Source: Candidatus Anderseniibacteriota bacterium
Lineage (GTDB): Bacteria > Patescibacteriota > JAUYIX01
Length of the DNA stretch: 64,000 bases
NCBI GenBank assembly: GCA_046350855.1
Contig: JAXLZM010000002.1
Span: 14,103-78,102 of the forward strand
Direction of reading: 5' to 3'
The notes beneath the pieces are model-generated. The model ran no database searches, was not told the origin of the DNA, and saw only the letters and a program-made list of their open reading frames with translations. A program made the translations under genes and the position numbers. Of this stretch, positions 28,337 through 37,185 are shown piece after piece; positions within the stretch are counted from its first letter, which is position 1, and every line of letters begins with the position of its first letter.

Positions 28337-28640
28337 AAACTGTTTATAACCCAGTGGATTACCTGGTGTGTTCTCAGGTAAAAGCCGTGGGCTCTGTGCG
28401 GACAAAAAAACACAAAGACGTACCTACACAAACAGGTAAAACCAACAAGACTCAACTTTTCCTGAGTCACCCACAGATCGTACGCAGGGGTTATCGAGAA
28501 GTTGTTCACACAACGGTGCCCAATTTCTTAAGAAATTATTAGAACTGTATTAAAAAAATCTTAAAGAGCCGGGGTTGTCCCCACTCTCCACCGCACTATT
28601 ACTACAACTAGTTTAATTAATACCTATAAGATACGGATCT
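28337..28640. promoter_or_regulatory. oriC: oriC part 2: dnaA-dnaN intergenic region with degenerate DnaA boxes and an AT-rich candidate DNA-unwinding element.
   Basis: AT-rich tracts ttcttaagaaattattagaactgtattaaaaaaatcttaaag (28526..28566) and actagtttaattaatacctataag (28600..28630). Weak box-like sequences agtggatta, tgtgcggac and ttatcgaga. Confidence 0.5.
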
Positions 28641-29738
28641 ATGAAACTTGCCTGTACACAGGAGAACTTACAAAAGGGATTATCTATTGTTGGTCGTGTG
28701 GTGAGTCGCAATGCGACACTACCGGTCTTGGGTAATGTTCTTCTTAAAACTGAGACGGGTGGGCTTAAGTTAGTCGCAACCGATTTAGAAGTAGGCGTGA
28801 CCTGTATTGTGGGCGGTAAGGTCGAACAAGCTGGTGAGATTACCATTCCAGCACGTCTACTAGCTGAATACATTAATCAGCTGCCCCGCGAGCACGTGAC
28901 CCTCCATACTGACGGAAAAGAGTTACGCGTCGCTTGTCAGGAGACTAGTGCTGAGATTAAAGGAATTGGCGCAGACGAGTTTCCACTCTTACCCGCTTTT
29001 AAGTCGGTTTTTGAAGCGGTTCTGCCGGCGGATCAGTTTAAAGAGGCGATTAGCCAAGTGATTACCGCGGTAGCCCACGACGAATCTCGTCCAGAGCTCA
29101 CGGGGGTGTACCTTCAATTTGGAGCGGGTGGCTGTACTTTAGCGGCGACCGATAGCTTTCGCTTGGCCGAGCGTACCATTCCTGTTAAGGGAGCGGTCAC
29201 TGAGCGCGCTGTGATTGTACCGCTTAAAACCATGGCAGAAATTGGTCGAATTATTGAACCCGTTGATTCGGTGGTACTGCGACTTTCAGAAAATCAGATT
29301 AAATGTAGCTACAAGAATATTGAGTTAATTTCACGTCTGATTGAGGGTCACTATCCACCCTACAAAGATATTTTGCCCAAAAAACTACCAACGCGCTGTG
29401 TGGTAAATCGCGAAGAGTTTATTGGAGCGGTACGGTCAGCTGGATTATTTTCTAAAACCGCCGCCCAAGATGTAGTCGTCTCGGTTAACGCTGAGAAAAA
29501 ACAACTCCAAATCCAAGCCGAAGCCAATCAAGTTGGCGGCCACCACCAAAAATTAGCCGCCTCGATCTTGGGACCCTCTGACCGTGTCGTCTTTAACTAC
29601 CGCTACCTGGTCGAGGGACTCCAAACCTTTACCAGTGAAAAAATTATTTTTGAAACCGGGGGCAGTAGCAGTCCGGGGCAGCTGACCGCACCTGAGAGTA
29701 CGGGCTACCTCTACATTTTGATGCCCATAAAGGTCTAG
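28641..29738 (+). CDS. dnaN: DNA polymerase III beta sliding clamp (365 aa).
   Basis: N-terminus MKLACTQENLQKGLSIVGRVVSRNATLPVLGNVLL. Conserved dnaA-dnaN order. Confidence 0.9.
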   Translation: MKLACTQENLQKGLSIVGRVVSRNATLPVLGNVLLKTETGGLKLVATDLEVGVTCIVGGKVEQAGEITIPARLLAEYINQLPREHVTLHTDGKELRVACQETSAEIKGIGADEFPLLPAFKSVFEAVLPADQFKEAISQVITAVAHDESRPELTGVYLQFGAGGCTLAATDSFRLAERTIPVKGAVTERAVIVPLKTMAEIGRIIEPVDSVVLRLSENQIKCSYKNIELISRLIEGHYPPYKDILPKKLPTRCVVNREEFIGAVRSAGLFSKTAAQDVVVSVNAEKKQLQIQAEANQVGGHHQKLAASILGPSDRVVFNYRYLVEGLQTFTSEKIIFETGGSSSPGQLTAPESTGYLYILMPIKV

Positions 29739-29740
29739 AC

Positions 29741-30883
29741 GTGCAGCTGCGGTACCTTAGTCTGGAGCGGTTCCGCACCTACCAACACACGCGTGTTGCG
29801 TTTACTGCTACGGTGAGCGTGCTCGTGGGGCGTAATGCGGCGGGTAAGAGTAATCTTCTTGAGGCCCTCATGCTCCTCAGTACCACGCGCTCGCTGCGGG
29901 CTCGGGTAGAGTCGCAGTTGATCGCGCGCGGCTCGGATTCGGCGCGCATCGAGGCGGGCCTGACCCTCGAAGGCCGCGCCCAAGAACTCCTCTGTTTCCT
30001 GGACGCCCGTTCTGGCAGAACCAAAAAACTCTGGCGACTCCAAGGTGCTCCCAAAACCAGTCGTGCCGTAGTGGGACTCCTCACAACCTGCCTTTTTAAG
30101 CCCGAAGACGTCGATACCTTACAAAAAAGTAGTGCCGCTCGTCGCGCTGTCTTGGACCAGTTGCTCGTGGTGCGTAATCCCGAATTCTTTATGACTCTGC
30201 AGCGTTTGCGCGGTACGCTCCTGCAGCGCCAGCGTCTGTTGGAGCAGGCTCGGGCGGGACAGCGCGATGGTCTCGATGCCTATGACGAACCTCTCGTCCA
30301 AGACGGCGCACGTGTGTCCTTGGCACGTGCTCGTCTCGTTGCCACCCTAACCGAGCAGTTTGCTGAGTCTGTACGAGCCATCTCAGGTGCGAGCAAGACG
30401 ACACAAGCTGCCCTCACCCTGACCACTCCCGCCACCAATACCCTCCCCACCACACTAGAACAATGGATCGCCCTCTACCGTAGTCAAATTGCTGCCCTCC
30501 GTGAGCGCGAAGTTGCGGCCGCCCGTAACCTGGTTGGTCCACACCGCGAGGATCTTGTTTTGACGGTTAATACTATTGCGCTCCGAGAGTACGGTTCGCG
30601 TGGGGAGTGGCGCAGTGCCGTTTTGGGATTGCTCCTGGCCTCATGTACCTATCTCGAGCAGCTCACTGGTGAGCGCCCGCTCCTGCTTCTTGACGATGTG
30701 TTTTCTGAACTCGATCCGGCCCGGCGCGCCGCCCTCCTGCCGTACCTTACCCAACAGCAAACCCTCATTACTACCGCTGATGTAGGTGAGGTTCCCCCAG
30801 AACTGTTGCAACAAGCGCAACTCTTTACCATCGCGGATGGCACCATCACGCCCAAAGCTAAAACCCATGCGTTCGCTGCGTGA
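29741..30883 (+). CDS. recF: DNA replication and repair protein RecF (380 aa).
   Basis: Walker A GRNAAGKSNLLEA. C-terminal signature LLLLDDVFSELD. Confidence 0.88.
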   Translation: MQLRYLSLERFRTYQHTRVAFTATVSVLVGRNAAGKSNLLEALMLLSTTRSLRARVESQLIARGSDSARIEAGLTLEGRAQELLCFLDARSGRTKKLWRLQGAPKTSRAVVGLLTTCLFKPEDVDTLQKSSAARRAVLDQLLVVRNPEFFMTLQRLRGTLLQRQRLLEQARAGQRDGLDAYDEPLVQDGARVSLARARLVATLTEQFAESVRAISGASKTTQAALTLTTPATNTLPTTLEQWIALYRSQIAALREREVAAARNLVGPHREDLVLTVNTIALREYGSRGEWRSAVLGLLLASCTYLEQLTGERPLLLLDDVFSELDPARRAALLPYLTQQQTLITTADVGEVPPELLQQAQLFTIADGTITPKAKTHAFAA

Positions 30884-31169
30884 AGACATTCAATTTTTGG
30901 CCCGGCGCTACGGACTTCGTCAGGGGGTTGAGGCTGCGGCCGTGCTCAAAGCTGCCCGACAGGTTCTGCCCCAAGTGTTACCGCGTCTGGTCCAAGAAGA
31001 AGCTCGCGTAGAAGCCTATCGTGACGGCACCCTCTTTATCACCGCACCCAGTGGGCCGGCCGTCGCGACGGTCTTTGGGTACCGCCAACCACTCTTGCAA
31101 GCCCTCAAAATAAAACTCGGCCGCGCAATGGTGGCCAAGGTTGTGGTTCGGCCACGTTTGGCGGCCTGA
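30867..31169 (+). CDS. DUF721 (RemB-like) protein downstream of recF (100 aa).
   Basis: Conserved position after recF. Start at MRSLREDIQFLARRYGL overlaps the recF end by 17 nt. Confidence 0.55.
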   Translation: MRSLREDIQFLARRYGLRQGVEAAAVLKAARQVLPQVLPRLVQEEARVEAYRDGTLFITAPSGPAVATVFGYRQPLLQALKIKLGRAMVAKVVVRPRLAA

Positions 31170-31180
31170 GACGAGACGGG

Positions 31181-31528
31181 TTAATAGCGCTCTAACTCTT
31201 GCAAGCGCACCACAAAGAGGGTTGTGCCCCCTAAGGTCAGCCGGGCCGCCCCGACCGGTACGTCCACCTGTCCGGTTTCTTGGCCGAGCGAACTGATATC
31301 TGTACCACTCACCAAAGCACTCCGTTCTTTGCCGGCCGAACCCAAAATCTTTTTGAGATCCGCTAAGCGTTTTTCGTTGGGGAGACCGATAAGCAACGTC
31401 GCACTACGCTTACGCAAAAAACCACCCGAAGATCCCAGACGCGTAAAGACAAACTCTTGGGCGACCAGTCGCTTACGGACGGCGCCCTCGCGCGTGTGAT
31501 CTACAATTGCGATCGCTAAGAGGGCCAT
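31181..31528 (-). CDS. darA: Cyclic-di-AMP receptor protein DarA/PstA (PII-like, DUF970), 115 aa.
   Basis: Pattern AIVDHTREG..FVFTRLGSSGGFLRKRSATLLIG....VPVGAARLTLGGTTLFVV matches the B. subtilis DarA family signature (TTGGFL..GNTTL..G ... VGGATVFV). Confidence 0.75.
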   Translation of the reverse strand: MALLAIAIVDHTREGAVRKRLVAQEFVFTRLGSSGGFLRKRSATLLIGLPNEKRLADLKKILGSAGKERSALVSGTDISSLGQETGQVDVPVGAARLTLGGTTLFVVRLQELERY

Positions 31529-34320
31529 TACGGGATGGTAATACTTTTTTGTTTAGTACCGATGTTACCGGCGGCATCTTCTACGGTCAGGGTCACCGTG
31601 TAGGTCCCGGCGCTTGTATAGGTGTGGCTGGTAGTTTTGCCGCTGCCCGCACTGCCATCTCCAAACGTCCAGGCATACGAGACGATCCCAGTGTTATCCG
31701 TCGAGGCACTTGCATCAAACGAGGCAACCAGCGCAGCAACCGCAGAGGTAAAGCTCGCTTTAGGTTTTTGGTTATCGACCTTAATGTTGACGTCGATGGC
31801 CGTCTCAGCTTTGCCGCCGTACTTGTCGGTCACGACCGCCGAGATGGAATGAAATCCGTTAGAGACGTTAACCGGAAATGTCACGGTGTACGGCGCGGCC
31901 GTTGCGGTGCCCACGATGCCACCGTCGAGTGCAACGTCCACCACACTGACCCCCGCCAAGGCGCGTGCACTCACTACCACCGTCAACGAGGACGAGGTGA
32001 CGTTGGCGCCCGAGCTTGGCTGCGCAATCGAAATACTCGGCTGAACTTCTTTAGCACCGTACGGGCTGGTCTCTTTGGGTATGCCACCGGTCTTTTTACC
32101 CTTACTCCAGGCATTGACGGCTGCCTCCCAGTTTTTGTACTGAGGGTCCTCAGAGGGGTTGCTTGGGTAGGGTCCTTGCGGATCGTCTTTGTAGACATAG
32201 TGCAAGATGGAGTGGTACTCCACAAATTCTTTTTCTTCGACATAGTTGGCCGGTAAATCTTCGGGCGCCAACTTGCCGTCAATTTTACTGACACGCACCT
32301 TTTGTCCCTTGCCCCCAGCTTGGCCGGCCAGGATCGGCTTAGGTGCGGGGATCGGTTCTGGATCGGGATACCACTCGGCCTTGGTGTCTTTGAGCGCGGC
32401 CAGCATAAATTGGTGCTCGATTGGGGCCGCCGTAAAAGATCCATCTCCTCCCGGGAAGGGTTTGTTGTCGTTGTTACCGACCCACACGCCGACCGCCAGC
32501 TGCGGTACGTAGCACATGGTCAAGCCGTCGGTGTTGTTCTCGGTCGTTCCGGTTTTACAGGCGATTTTGCGATCGGGCAACGTCAACGGACCACCCGAAC
32601 CAAAAATCGGCGCGCGTGCGGCATCATCCGAGAGCACGTTGCTCATAGTCAACGCCACGTTGCGGTCGAGGACTTGTTCACCCTGGGGTTGTTTAAACTC
32701 ATCCAAGACCTTGCCACTGGGGTCCTCAACTTTGAGCCAGAGCGCTCGGGGAACACGCTTACCTTGGTTGGCAAAAACGCCAAAGGCGGCCGTGTGATCG
32801 ATTAGCTTAACTTCACCAGCACCCAGTCCAACCGCCAAGCCGTACTGTGACTTGTCTTGCAAATCTGTAATGCCCATTTTGTGGACCTGGTCGATCACAT
32901 TCTCCACGCCAGCTAAGTACATAGTTTGCACGGCCGGAATGTTGAGCGACATTTGCAAGCTCGAGCGCATGGTCAGAGGCCCGCGCTGGCCCTTGTCATA
33001 GTCCTCAGGTTTGTAATTGCCGCCAAAATCCGTGCGCACATCAAACAAAATCGTGCTAGGTGGGTAGCCTTTAGCAAAGGCGGCCGAGTATTCGTACGGC
33101 TTAAAGGACGAACCCGGCTGTTGCAAGGTGCGCGTCACATCCACCGATCCGTCGATCGAGTCATTAAAGTAATCCTTAGAACCCACGTGGGCCATGACTT
33201 GACCACTGCGTGGATCGATGGCGGTCAGGGCGGCGTTTTCTACTCCGTACTGGGCGAGATTACGGGCGGCGCCATCTTTGACGGCCTGTTCTGCCGCTTT
33301 TTGCATATCCAAATCCAAGGTGGTCGTCACGCGTAAGCCTCCACGTTCCACGACCTGCTCGCCGTACTGCTCGATCAGCGCGTCCTTAACCCAAAAGACA
33401 AAGTGAGGTGCTTTGATCTCGATATTGACCTCTTCAAACGTTAGTTTGACCGCCTTGGCTTTGTCAGCCTCGTCCTGACTAATAAAACCGAGCTTTGCCA
33501 TGCGATCCAAAATGTAATCTTTACGGTCTAAGAGCTGGTCCTTGTTGGGGCCGTAAGGGGAGAGCGAACTTGGGCGCTGCGGGAGTGCTGCTAGGGTGGC
33601 CGACTCAGCCAAGCTCAAGTCCTTGGCATCTTTATTAAAGTAGGTTTGCGCGGCCGCCTCGATCCCGTAGGCGTTGGAGCCGTAGGGAATCTCGTTGAGG
33701 TAGAGGTGTAAAATTTCGTCCTTGGTAAAGCGGCTCTCGATCTCGATCGCCAAGATGACCTCTTTAATTTTGCGGGAGAGGGTGTGCTCGTCGGTCAGGA
33801 TGGCGTTTTTAACGAGTTGCTGTGTGATGGTCGAACCACCCTCGCTCGATTTACCGGTGACGTTGCGGAAGAGGGCTCGCAGAATACCTTTAAAGTCCAC
33901 GCCGTGGTGGTGGTAAAAGTCCGCGTCCTCTACTGCCACCGTGGCTTTTTTGACCGAGTCCGGAATTTGGTCAAAGGGGATGCTGGTGCGGCGCTCCTCA
34001 TCGTAAATTTCGTAGAGAATAGTTTTGCCGTCGCGGGCATAAATTTTGGTCGACTCGGTCGCGGCGCGATTTTTGAGCTCGGTGCCGTTGGGGAGGTCTT
34101 TAGTAAAATAGGCAAAGAGGCTGCCGATCGTCACGATTCCAAGGACGACGATGGCTACTCCAATTTTGAGCGCCAAGCGCTTCCACTCCTGTTTTTTGTT
34201 GGCCCGACGGGAACGCTTACGAGCAATGTGGGTCGCGACGGTACGCTCGCGCTCACGCCGCGCTTGGCGCGAGGCGTGTAGATGCCCGTTTCGACTAAAG
34301 CGACGAAAGGCTGCTACCAT
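31528..34320 (-). CDS. Class A penicillin-binding protein (PBP1A-type glycosyltransferase + transpeptidase) with a C-terminal Ig-like region ending in a PKD domain; 930 aa.
   Basis: GT51 motifs EDADFYHHHGVDFKGILRA and TITQQLVKN. Transpeptidase motifs SSFKP and KTGTT. C-terminal PKD segment SYAWTFGDGSAGSGKTTSHTYTSAGTYTVTLTVEDAAGN. Confidence 0.88.
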   Translation of the reverse strand: MVAAFRRFSRNGHLHASRQARRERERTVATHIARKRSRRANKKQEWKRLALKIGVAIVVLGIVTIGSLFAYFTKDLPNGTELKNRAATESTKIYARDGKTILYEIYDEERRTSIPFDQIPDSVKKATVAVEDADFYHHHGVDFKGILRALFRNVTGKSSEGGSTITQQLVKNAILTDEHTLSRKIKEVILAIEIESRFTKDEILHLYLNEIPYGSNAYGIEAAAQTYFNKDAKDLSLAESATLAALPQRPSSLSPYGPNKDQLLDRKDYILDRMAKLGFISQDEADKAKAVKLTFEEVNIEIKAPHFVFWVKDALIEQYGEQVVERGGLRVTTTLDLDMQKAAEQAVKDGAARNLAQYGVENAALTAIDPRSGQVMAHVGSKDYFNDSIDGSVDVTRTLQQPGSSFKPYEYSAAFAKGYPPSTILFDVRTDFGGNYKPEDYDKGQRGPLTMRSSLQMSLNIPAVQTMYLAGVENVIDQVHKMGITDLQDKSQYGLAVGLGAGEVKLIDHTAAFGVFANQGKRVPRALWLKVEDPSGKVLDEFKQPQGEQVLDRNVALTMSNVLSDDAARAPIFGSGGPLTLPDRKIACKTGTTENNTDGLTMCYVPQLAVGVWVGNNDNKPFPGGDGSFTAAPIEHQFMLAALKDTKAEWYPDPEPIPAPKPILAGQAGGKGQKVRVSKIDGKLAPEDLPANYVEEKEFVEYHSILHYVYKDDPQGPYPSNPSEDPQYKNWEAAVNAWSKGKKTGGIPKETSPYGAKEVQPSISIAQPSSGANVTSSSLTVVVSARALAGVSVVDVALDGGIVGTATAAPYTVTFPVNVSNGFHSISAVVTDKYGGKAETAIDVNIKVDNQKPKASFTSAVAALVASFDASASTDNTGIVSYAWTFGDGSAGSGKTTSHTYTSAGTYTVTLTVEDAAGNIGTKQKSITIP

Positions 34321-34402
34321 GGGTTTCTATCCGCAATACTCTGCCACGGCCAAGGCCCTGTGTCAAGGACCGGCGGCTCCACAAAAGCAGTACAATCATC
34401 CT

Positions 34403-35131
34403 ATGTCCGGGCACTCCAAATGGGCCACCACTAAGCGCCAAAAAGCCGTTGTCGACGCTAAGCGCGGCAAGGTTTTTACCAAGTTAGCTAACGCCATCGC
34501 GCTGGCGGCCCGCCAAGGTGGGGGCGACCCGGCCGCCAACCCCAACTTACGTCTCTTGGTCGATAAGGCACGTGAGGCCAACATGCCGGGGGCCAACGTT
34601 GAGCGCGCCATCAAGCGCGGCACGGGACAGCTCGAGGGGGTTACCTTTGAGGAGTTCACCTACGAGGCGGCCGGTCCGGGTGGCAGTGCATTTATTATTG
34701 AGGGCGTGACCGATAAAAAAACCCGCACGGTTGCGGATGTCCGACAGCTCCTCACCCACCACGGTGCAAAACTGGCCGCCGCGGGTAGTCAGCTCTGGCA
34801 GTTCCAACGTCTGGGGCGCTTGCAAGTACCCCTCGCAGCAGACCAATCTGCAACGATGCAACTCGAGCAAATACAACTCGAGATGATTGAACTTGGCGCG
34901 CAAGACGTGCAGACCCAAGCGGGCGGATTGCTGGTGTATGTTCAGCCGGGTCAACTGGGAGCTATGCGCCAAAAACTGAGCGCCAAAGGGTTTACCGCGA
35001 GCGAAGCCAGTTTGGTTTTTGTACCGACCAATCGGATCGCCTTGCCGGAGGCTGAACATACACGTGCGCAGGAGATCTTGACTGCACTAGAAAATCACGA
35101 CGACGTTCAGCAAGTTGCGGTAAACTTTTAG
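34403..35131 (+). CDS. yebC: YebC/PmpR family DNA-binding transcriptional regulator (242 aa).
   Basis: N-terminus MSGHSKWATTKRQKAVVDAKRGKVFTKL. Start moved from the ORF-track 34151 to 34403. Confidence 0.88.
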   Translation: MSGHSKWATTKRQKAVVDAKRGKVFTKLANAIALAARQGGGDPAANPNLRLLVDKAREANMPGANVERAIKRGTGQLEGVTFEEFTYEAAGPGGSAFIIEGVTDKKTRTVADVRQLLTHHGAKLAAAGSQLWQFQRLGRLQVPLAADQSATMQLEQIQLEMIELGAQDVQTQAGGLLVYVQPGQLGAMRQKLSAKGFTASEASLVFVPTNRIALPEAEHTRAQEILTALENHDDVQQVAVNF

Positions 35132-35133
35132 CC

Positions 35134-35604
35134 ATGGTGGTGATAGGCATTGACCCAGGGATCGAGCGTACTGGCTACGCGGTTGTTGAGATTGATGGAC
35201 ACGCGGTGCGTGCTCTCGAGTACGGCTGCATTTCTACCACCGCACACATGCCGATGGGTCAACGCTTGGCTGAACTCCGACAGGATCTAACCCAGGTGCT
35301 CACTACACACAAACCGGTCGCGGCCGTGATCGAACGACTCGTCTTTGTACACAATGCGACCAGTGCGCTGGCCGTCGGGCAAGCGCGCGGGGTGATTATG
35401 TTGACGCTGCACGAGCACGGACTGACCGTCCGCGAGTACTCGCCGACCGAGGTAAAACGTGCCGTGACCAGTAATGGCGCTGCGGATAAGCAGGCGGTCG
35501 GACAAGCCGTTAGGCTCATCTTTGGTCTGGAGCGCGTTCCCACGCCAGATGACGCAGCTGACGCTTTGGCCCTCGCCGTGTGCCATGCCGGACAGGTACA
35601 ATAA
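35134..35604 (+). CDS. ruvC: Holliday junction resolvase RuvC (156 aa).
   Basis: VIGIDPGIERTGYAVVE catalytic N-terminus. Conserved yebC-ruvC order. Confidence 0.88.
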   Translation: MVVIGIDPGIERTGYAVVEIDGHAVRALEYGCISTTAHMPMGQRLAELRQDLTQVLTTHKPVAAVIERLVFVHNATSALAVGQARGVIMLTLHEHGLTVREYSPTEVKRAVTSNGAADKQAVGQAVRLIFGLERVPTPDDAADALALAVCHAGQVQ

Positions 35605-35612
35605 GGAGACCC

Positions 35613-37160
35613 ATGAAGCTTCGCTCGTTTACCTTGGCCACACTACTCCTACTGCTGACATTCACTCTGTCGGTCGGTCTGCCACTTACGGTCTTGGCCC
35701 AAGCAGCACAGCCGACCACGCCGACCCCCACTCCCGAGCTCAAAGCTAACGCGGGTCCCGATCGTGAGGGTCTCGTCGATCAAGAGTTGGACTTTGATGC
35801 CGTCCTCGAAAATCTGCCCGAGGGCACCAAGGCAACGTTTGCTTGGAGCTTTGGTGATCAAACTGGTCAAGCGCAGGGCGATCGCGTCCGCCACACTTAC
35901 CATGACATTGGTCGTTACAAGGTGACCCTCACTGCCACGACTCCGACGGCGACCGTGAGCGACAGTGCGGTCGTGACGATTTATGAGCGCAGTTTGATCG
36001 TGATCACCGATACGGCTACCGACGCCAACCAAGAGAGTGAACTCAAGCGTCAAGCCGATCGCTCCGATACACAGCTCATTATCCTAGCGGACCGCGCAGG
36101 CAGCACCGATTTTGTGCGGCAAGATAATTTGTCGCGTATGTTGCTCGATCGCGCGGCCGATCTGCGTCGGGCGGACGCCTTGATCGACTGGACTACAGGA
36201 GACACCGGTCTCAACGCCCTCACCAAATTTGCGCAGCAGGTTCCCAATCTGCAGGACCTACGTCTGAGTGACAAGCCGATCATTAGTTTGGCGGCGCCCT
36301 TCTCGGTTATCTCGCGCATCGCGCAAAGTACCTTTGATATTCTCAAGCCCAAGTACATTTTGTTGACCAGTTCTACCGCGCTGGATGCGGTGATCGAGGC
36401 CGCTAGCTCCGATCAGATCCTCAACCGCGTCCAACAGACCGGTAACGAGTATCGCTTGATCGGGACTTTTTCTGAGCGAGCTATCTCGGATCTGACCCCG
36501 CTCAACCTCATGTCTTTTTTGGTCAACTTTATGATCAACAAGGGTGTGCCGGTTAATACTATCGTGCTGATCCTGATGTTGCCGATCATTGCGACGATCT
36601 TTGCCTTTGCCCGCCAGATCGTGGGACTGCGCGCTTTTGGTATTTACATCCCGACCATCGTGACCCTCTCTTTTTTGGCGCTCGGTCTGACCTACGGTTT
36701 GACCGTCTTTTTTGTGGTGTTGGCAGTGGGAACACTCTTTAGAGTGCTCTTGCGGCGCATTCGTCTGGCCTACGTGCCGCGTCTTGCTATCGTGCTCACG
36801 ACCATCGCCTTTGCGATTTTGGGATTGCTTGCAGTCGGCGCCTACACCAACCAGACCACCTTTGTGGCGCTAGCGATCTTCCCAATTTTGATCATGGTGG
36901 CTTTGGCAGAACAATTTGTCTCAGCCCAGATCGAGCAAGGGTTTAGTGCCGCGGTCCTCTTGACCGTCGAGACCTTGGTGCTCTCGATCGCGACCTACTA
37001 CTTAGTCAGTTGGGATCCGTTCCAGAGTTTGATTTTGGCTTACCCCGAGTTGATTCTGCTCACCTTTATCATCAACATTTTGCTCGGGCGTTGGACCGGG
37101 CTGCGACTTATGGAGTACTACCGGTTCCGCCAAGTCCGTCGCTTTGCTAAGTTGCCCTAA
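35613..37160 (+). CDS. Signal-peptide protein with an extracytoplasmic PKD-like domain and a C-terminal ~7-TM domain (515 aa). Predicted membrane partner of the downstream ATP-grasp ligase; resembles the '7TM receptor / inactive transglutaminase-like' proteins found with RimK-like ligases.
   Basis: RBS aaggag, ATG at 35613. Signal MKLRSFTLATLLLLLTFTLSVGLPLTVLAQA. PKD-like segment FAWSFGDQTGQAQGDRVRHTYHDIGRYKVTLTAT. Seven hydrophobic helices in the last ~230 aa. Confidence 0.6.
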   Translation: MKLRSFTLATLLLLLTFTLSVGLPLTVLAQAAQPTTPTPTPELKANAGPDREGLVDQELDFDAVLENLPEGTKATFAWSFGDQTGQAQGDRVRHTYHDIGRYKVTLTATTPTATVSDSAVVTIYERSLIVITDTATDANQESELKRQADRSDTQLIILADRAGSTDFVRQDNLSRMLLDRAADLRRADALIDWTTGDTGLNALTKFAQQVPNLQDLRLSDKPIISLAAPFSVISRIAQSTFDILKPKYILLTSSTALDAVIEAASSDQILNRVQQTGNEYRLIGTFSERAISDLTPLNLMSFLVNFMINKGVPVNTIVLILMLPIIATIFAFARQIVGLRAFGIYIPTIVTLSFLALGLTYGLTVFFVVLAVGTLFRVLLRRIRLAYVPRLAIVLTTIAFAILGLLAVGAYTNQTTFVALAIFPILIMVALAEQFVSAQIEQGFSAAVLLTVETLVLSIATYYLVSWDPFQSLILAYPELILLTFIINILLGRWTGLRLMEYYRFRQVRRFAKLP

Positions 37161-37185
37161 CCTGCGGTCACGCCGCTGATTCGCC

